From assembly GCF_006345805.1 (NCBI RefSeq), contig NC_043005.1, positions 96,410,001-96,474,000 on the forward strand: a stretch of 64,000 bases of DNA, written 5' to 3'. The translations under genes and the position numbers were made by a program. This DNA is from Octopus sinensis. Lineage: Eukaryota. This document shows positions 47,201 to 55,500 of the stretch, piece by piece. How positions within the stretch are numbered: position 1 is the stretch's first letter; every line of letters begins with the position of its first letter. The notes under the pieces were generated by a model, which saw nothing but the letters and a program-made list of their open reading frames with translations, did no database searches and was not told the DNA's origin.

Positions 47201-50200
47201 AGACTGCACCAGGCTCCAGTCTGATCTCGCAGTGTTTCTATAGCTGTATGCCCTTCCTAATGCCAACCACTCCGAGAGTGTAGTGGGTGCTTTTTACGTG
47301 CCACTGGCATGGAGGAGGCCAGTTGAGGCAGCGCTGGCATCGACCACGTACGGACTGTGTGGTTATAAAATTCAGTTTGCAACCACATGGTTTTGAGTTC
47401 AATCCCACTTTGCAGCATCTTAGGCAGCTGTCTTCTTTTTTAGCTTTGGGTTAACTAATGAGTGAAAATGTGCAGAAGTCCACCATGTGTGTGTTTCTGT
47501 GTGTTTTATGTACATGAACACACACACCTGTGTGTGTGTGTATATGTATACACATTGGCAGCTATACCTTTCATTACTACAGCATTTAGGAACATTAATA
47601 ATAATGTATAAATATGTTAAGGGTAGTCAGTCAACTAACTCTATCCCATCTTTGAAAAGTAAATATCTATACCTAGTTATCTTCATTCTCCAAGATTTTA
47701 ATTTGTTTGCATTCTTCCTGTTTACAGATATTGCAATAAACCAGCATCACAGGTGCCTTTTGAATGGGACAAGAATATTTTGAACTGGCCGGTAAGATTG
47801 TCTTTAAATATTAATTATTTTCATCAAATGTTATAAGTGTAGCAAGGGAATACAAATGGCTGGGTGGAGAGGCTAACTATACAAGGGATTAGCAGTTCAG
47901 AACATGTTAACAGAAGTGCTTTGTATCTGTAAGCTTAACTCTCAAAGATCTTAGGTGTCCAGTTAGATACCACGAAGTGGGAACTGATCATTGTTCTAAA
48001 CAGTGGTAATACTGTTCTATATTTAAGAGATGAGGAATTATGTACATGATTTACATTATTTACATTTGATGGATATTTGTCCTCATCTTGTTAACATGTT
48101 TTGGCCATGATTTAAGGTGTTCCAGTTGTGACCATCATTGTATGGCTTTTTTTTAGTTAGACTTAGTGGCACGTAAAAAGCACCCTCTACATGGTGTGGT
48201 TTGCGTTAGGAAGGGCATCCAGCCATAGAAACCTTGCCAGATCAGATTGGAACCTGGTGCAGCTCCCCAGCTTACCAGTTTTCAGTCAAACCGTCTAACC
48301 CATGCCAACATGGAAAACGGACGTTAAATGATGATGATGAGTTATCTGGGACTACATCATCAAGTGTGCTCTTCTTTTTTAAAGACAGTTGGATTTGATT
48401 TGTAGCAGGTCAAATGACTACAAAGAGCCTTCCTCATTGGCTCATGTGGAATTCATCTGTTTCTTTTCATTGAAATTGTTGCTCTCATGGTATGACTAAC
48501 GGACAGGAATCATAGAATGTAGCTTGCTCATGTCCATTATGCTGTGCTCTCTTGCCAAGGCCCAAAATATATGATTGCCTCAGTTTCTAGTGGTAGAATT
48601 ACTCAAAATCTCCCCTATCCATGCTAACATGAAAGAGTGGATATTAGATTGCTTTGAGATTTCATCAGAAAATTGTTTTCCTTTTCAGATTTGTGAAGAC
48701 GGTACTAAACCAAATCAATCAAAAGCAAGCAAAATTGACCGACATATGTCATGTGAAATTGTAGCCCGACCATGTTGCCATGGTATTCAGGGAGAATGTT
48801 TTATAACTACACGGAAACATTGTGAATTCATTCGGGGTTACTTTCACGAAGAGGCTTTCCTTTGTTCTCAGGTATTTGATTTTTGTTAATTATACTATTA
48901 GTACTACAACTACAGCTGCTGTGGTTCTTTTTCTTGCATTTGTTATTTATTAGGTTAAGCACCGTGCACTTGGAGTTTCTAAAGCTCAGAAGTTCTGTTT
49001 CTTCATGCTTCTGTTGCAACACTTCTTTTTTTGCATAAGCTTTCTCCATTGTAAATTGAATTTGGTATTGTATACCAACACTATATTCTACCTACTCTTT
49101 AACATCACAAGACTAAAACCCTACAAGTCACTACAAATGCTAGGTTTCACAATCTTTTATGTTCTTTCAGAGTGATTTCTTATATCTGTCACTTTCCCTA
49201 AAAAAGTATTCCAAAGACTTGGTTTTCTCCCCAGATTCAGTGATTTGCTGACTCTCTTTAAAGAGCAAGACTGCTCCAGATTTGAGTGTTTGGTTCACAT
49301 GTTAAAGAATGTACTGATTCTGTGCCCTCATGCTTTTATTCTCTCTTCCTTCATTCACCCTCTGTCACATTTGCTTTGAACAAATGAAAACAATGTAGAA
49401 AGCACCCTTTTGTCTTGCAGGAGACAACCTTTCTAGTGCTGGTGTCTTGATAAAATGTATCCAGTATATAATGTAAAGTAGTTGGTAAACATGTGGAAAC
49501 AACTTAGAATAAAAAGGACCATTTAGTCTTTTTGAGGATATGCCAACTTCTCTAATGTTGGTGTCATGGTAAAATATGCCCCCATACTCTTTCTAAAGTT
49601 AGTGTTAGGTAGGGGTATCTAGCTATAGAAACTATATGCCATAAATGAGATGTACATTGGAGATGTGGTCCTTTGATGAAGACTCTGGTTTCAAGTCACA
49701 ACTGACTCAGGCTGTGATGACCCATCCGACCCATGTCAGCATGGAAAGTGGAAGTCTAATGATGATGATCATTGTCAAAGATTTACTCACCAACATACTG
49801 CAATCACTGCCTTATAAATATGCTATTTCCTCTCTTTCTGTCTCTTCCTCTACTTCTACATAATTACTTCTATTTCCATAAAATAGCAAGCTGTGTGTCA
49901 CCTTTGTCAAATCCTACTTATGTACATTCTTTTCCTGCTCTTGTCATCCATATTGTGTCTCAGTTTCCAAAACGTTGCATTAAACATTTTGCTAAATCCT
50001 TCCTATCTATAATTGTTTTCCATCAATCAAATTTCATTCACAGGGCATCAGTCAATCTGAAGGTGTCATGTAGTGGGTGTGAACCCGAAACCACTTGGTT
50101 GCAAAGCCATGATATTTGTTATGAACCATTATATTCTCTTATTAATTCTTTTCTATAATAGTAAATAGCAGATAAAAAATATAGAAATCCTGTTTTGAAT

Positions 50201-51075
50201 TGAGTACGAAAGGGTGTCACAGTGTCGAATGATGTTGATGAATTGATACTGTCTTTACCTAATATAAAACCACTCGTCTAATCTACTGATTAGATGGCAA
50301 GCAAAGTTTGAATAAAAGCCTTTTTTTGAATTGACTTATGTCATTATTAGATTTGTGTTCTTTGCATTGTTTTGTTAATTTGTCATGAAAATCTGTAGCC
50401 TAAGAAGGCCATAGCTGTATAGCCAGAGACACAACTTCTTTCTTCCAATCATCAGACTTACTGCCATTTAGCTCCCTGCTTTTCTTTGATGTTGTTTGAT
50501 GACCACCATTCTATTCTTCCTCTACTACTTTTACTAAGGATTTGTCCATGTAAGGCCACTTTCACTGGAGGTTTGTTATTTATATATCTATTGATAAATT
50601 ATATTTAATTTGTATCTTATGCAGGTTGACTGTTTGAGTCGAATATGTGGCATGATACCATTCCTCTACAAAGACAAACCTGATCAGTTTTATAGATTGT
50701 TCACAACATTGTTCCTTCATGCAGGGTAAGTATTATCATCATTACTGTCATCATCATCATCGTCATCACCATCATCATCATTTGAGAGCAGACCATACTG
50801 ACATATGAGTGCCATAAAAATTTTAAGATGGTCTGATGCTATTTGAGGAGGATTTGGCTCCTATTTCTAGCAGATGGTGTGATCTTATTGATGCTACCTT
50901 GTTGACTCGACTATTTAAGTAATGCATTAATACATGAGGTTATTGAATTGAGCTGTTAACAAAATAAGTTTAGTCGTCATCATCAGTATCATCCTTGTCC
51001 TGATCATTATCATTTAACATCCACTTTTCCATGCTTGTATGGATGAGGCAAAATTTGTTGAGGTAAATTTTTCTC

Positions 51076-51115
<40 letters not shown>

Positions 51116-52479
51116 TAATAATAATGAAATTATTGCATACAGTGCTCAGGTGCACCACAACTTGTCAAAAGTGTGCATAAAGCATATGCAGTAATGTACA
51201 AATGTCTGGGAAGTGAACAGTGTATGAGTCAGATATATGCTTGCTTGTGTGTATGGAGGGGAGAAAATCAGGTTTAGTGTTGGTGAATCTCAGGAAGCAT
51301 GGAAGTTTTGAAGGATGCAGTGCTCTGACAACTAACAACTGATGCCGGCAGTTTGTTCCATACTTCAGCAACTCTTAGCATGAAAAAATGTTTCCGAAAG
51401 TCATGGGAGCTGTGCTGTTTTCTGACTTTGTAAATATGTCCACCGGGTGTTAGACAGGTAGAGTTTGAAAAGGTGCTCAGAGTTATTGTTTGTAAGATGG
51501 TTAATAATTTTATAGGTGTCTGCCAAGTCAGCTGCCAGACGTCAGAGTTTCAATGTGTCCATGCCCAGGGAAGTAAGGATATACTTCCTGTCATCAACTC
51601 TCACTGGCAAAATGGTATTTTCCCATAGCCAGACGTGCCTTTCTCAAAAGACTAGAAACGAACATCCTCTCTTGTATGATGCTGATGCTCATTTGCAAGC
51701 ATCACATGATGTCTGAACAAGGATACACACAAACAAACAAATCCTTTTAGCTATTTTATTAACAAGGGGCTTGCATAGTAGATTCATACCTTTATATTTA
51801 GATAATGATGATAAGTGTTTGTAATTTAGCCAGAAGGCCAGTAATTTTGAGAGAAGTTGGTTTTAGGGAACAATCTATTACACTGATCCCACTGTTTTAT
51901 AAACTACATGAATTATATTTATTCAGAAGGTGTAAGCTTTATATTGTGATTGTAAATTTCTTAGATGTGTTGTAGTTGGAATATCTAATTGGTTAATAGC
52001 TATGTCAGTAGAGTATATTAGTAGCTTTTGCCAGCATTGTTTAAGTGATGTTGAAGTAACTTTGTTAAGTGAAACTGAGACTGACTCCTGAAGTAGATTC
52101 TGAACATTTTTTTGCAGAAGAAAATATGCTTATATATGATGTGCAGGAATGGCTGTGTGGTTAAAAACTTTTCTTCACAACCTCATGATTTCAGGTTCAG
52201 TTCCACAGCACAGCACCGTGGGCAAATGTCTTCTACTTTCCAGGCCAAGCAATGCCTTGTGAGTGAATTTGGTTGCCTGCACCAATGTAATTTCTTTTCT
52301 GTAGAAATTAGCTGAATACCTACTATTTCTTTATTGCCCACAAGGGGCCAAACATAGAGGGGACAAACGGATTAAGTCGTTTATATCGACCCCAATTCAT
52401 AACTGGTACTTATTTAATTGACCCCGAAAGGATGAAAAGCAAAGTAGTTACATTAACTGGTTGGAATTCAACTGGAATT

Positions 52480-52513
<34 letters not shown>

Positions 52514-55500
52514 CAGATGCACCTAGGTTTGCATGGATGTATGTGTGTACTTTATATTTTATTTCTACATTCAAGCATTGTTTCTAACTCTGCTGGTGTT
52601 AATCTCTCTAAATATTCTAGTGTTTTCATTGATTTATTTCAGTTTCATCCACCTGATACTTACAGTGTTATACCAAGCTTTTGTGATGCGAGATATTGAA
52701 AAATTAACTGGTTGGTTGCGAATATCAATCATATATCTTGGTAGTGGCATTGCTGGCAACCTTGCAAGTGGCATTTTTCTACCATATCAAGTGGAGGTAT
52801 TTTATTCTTTTCAATTAATAATGTTAATTAGGAGAAACATTGTTTTATATGTGTTGTGTATATTGCTTTCTTTCTTTTGCTGAGCTTACTTTTGAGAAAA
52901 GATGTTACAATATAATTTAATGACAGAAAATGCCTGCCACTGGATCAAGGGAGCCCGCTTAAGGTGCTCAGGGTCTGATTTAGGTTGGACCTTCTGGTGG
53001 GTAAAAACTAGGAAGTGGTTGCAAGTAGAGTGGCATTCTGACTCTCACAGAGATGTCTCTGAAGAGCCAAGTGGAAATTAATGATGACATGTAAGCATGT
53101 ACTGAGAGTGATACACTTGCAGAAACATCTGGACCCACGTTGGAGAAGGCATGAAGCTCTCCACTGTTACTACCAACTCTTCAAGGTGTGAATAATACAA
53201 CTAGCTCACATCTGCTTCTTTCCTTCAACTCAGGCTTCACAAAAGCAAAGACCTTGTTGAAATTGCACCAAAAAGCCTTTGTTGAGAGACAAGAGAAAGA
53301 CTGAAACTGAAATAAATAGAAGCCAGCCCTAAATTGAAGGCCATAAGACACAACAGTCATATAAAAGGTCTGTTACAAAACCAAAATACAAAAGGTTTCA
53401 ACACTAACATCACCTTCATCACAAGAAGAAAACCCAATTTTACAAACACTCACAGCATGAAAACAAAAAAGAAACACCTGAAAAACAAATTGACCAACAG
53501 ACACACTCTCAGGTACTTACTTCATTAACTTCATTATTGTTCAGAAGAGCAACTTTGAATTGATTGAGGAAGTAATTAACAGCAAAAACGTCTTAATTGG
53601 GGAAGGCTTTGTTGAACTCCTCCCGAAAACTCCATTGGACAGAATGTTAATCCAAACAGATACGAATGTGTTTCTGTTTGGATTTAAAACAGAAATTCCC
53701 GTAGGACATTGGAGTGTTTAGTCAAATAAAACTTACTAGAAACACCTTTCTCCACTCTCCCCTCAGCCAAAAAGAAGACCGTTTCAACAATCATCCTTGA
53801 AGTCAAAGATAAATAAATCCATTTTATTTTCCCTAATCTAAATGGCTACACTTAGAGTAGGTTGTGTAAATGCTCATGGCCTAGATTTGGTTTGGAAGAA
53901 GACTATGAGATATTCTCATCTTGTGGTCTATCTAGAGTGAGTGGCAGAGCAGCAATGCTATTCCAAAAATCCTTAGGTCCTAAAGTAAGGGCAGTTTTCT
54001 TGGAACTAGACGGTAAGTTGGTGGTCCTAGACTTGAATGGCAGTGAAGGTGGTGCCATTAAAGATTGGGGGCTATTTATGCTCCAACAGGGGCTAGAAGG
54101 CCAGATTTCTTCCAGTGTCTAGAAGCATTGTGAACAGTGGAGATGTGACATGGCCACAAAACCACAATTGAATCTTTGACAAATCAGGACAGGCACATGC
54201 TACTTGGTTCTGAACAGATGTGTGTGATTTTCCAGCAGCACTTTGCACAGCTGTTTGGGGAGGGTAATGGTTGACGATAGTAGCAGACTTTAGTTCATAT
54301 GTAGACATTCTGCCACAGCTCTCAGCAACTGTCATGAGGTTCTGTGAAAAGCTGATAATGGCCACAGAAATATAGGCGGTGACGAGCAATTGTACAAGTC
54401 ACAGATTGCCTGGTTTGGATGGTCTGCCCTATGGATTCCATGCATTCGAGCCAGATTTGTTTCGTGGCCTCTTGGCAAACTTCTATTGTAACTAGCAGCA
54501 GAACAGGGGAATTCCTAGTGCTGTTAGCCAGAGTGTGGTGACACTGCTGAGGTAGGACACTGACACTGGGGATGTGCTAGGGAATTTTTGGCCCATAACT
54601 CTGCTAAACTGAGAGTTTAAGATTTTGGCCAAGGTGTTAATGAAAATATTGGTGCTTGTTGTTAGCAGTCTGGTTGTGGAGGTGCAAACATGTAGAATCC
54701 TAAACAGATCTATCCATCACAACCTCCACCTTATGTGATACATCATTGAAAGGGCTGGAATTAAACCTGGTCTCTGTGGGGCCCTCATCAATTTGGATCA
54801 GTTGAAAGCATTCGATAGCTACTTAGAACCTGTCCTGAAAGTGACTGGTTTCAGATATATTTTCAGAGGCTGGATTGTTGCAATGCACAGTGGCACCTGC
54901 TCAGTGGTAAGAACTGGGATGAGGTGACAGACAGGGTGGTCAGATTTAGCCAGAAATAGGCAAAGAGGAAGCTGTCCCTGAAAGGTCAGGCAGAGGTGGC
55001 AAATGCCTACATTGCTTTTGTCATCATTTATCACCTGATCTTTGTGCTTTTCCCCAGTTACTGCTTGATCAGGTGGAAGGGGCGTGTTTCAATGGTTAGG
55101 CAGTTAGTCTGCTGCCTGCACCCTCTGCACAGGCACGCTGTGGCTTCTGATGCACAGACATGCATTCAGATTGTGCCACCTGCAATGATTTCTAGACAGT
55201 GAACATGTGTGTGGGCTCTATGGAGCTGCAGTTCTGGGTGAAGGATAGACTGAGACTCAGCACCTGGCACCTAGAATGTTGTCAGGTGTTCCACTAAGAA
55301 TTAGTAGCAAGAAAGTGCGACAATGTCCTCAGGGAGACCCTGGACATTGATGATAATAAATTGGCTAGACTGTTCTGGAGGACTTTCCAGGGGACTACTG
55401 TGGATAATTTCCAGATGTCTTTGGCTTGGCCATGCTACCAGTTTGAGATCAATTCTACAGGAACAGATATGTTGTCAGATGAACTTATCTGAGGTGTGTG

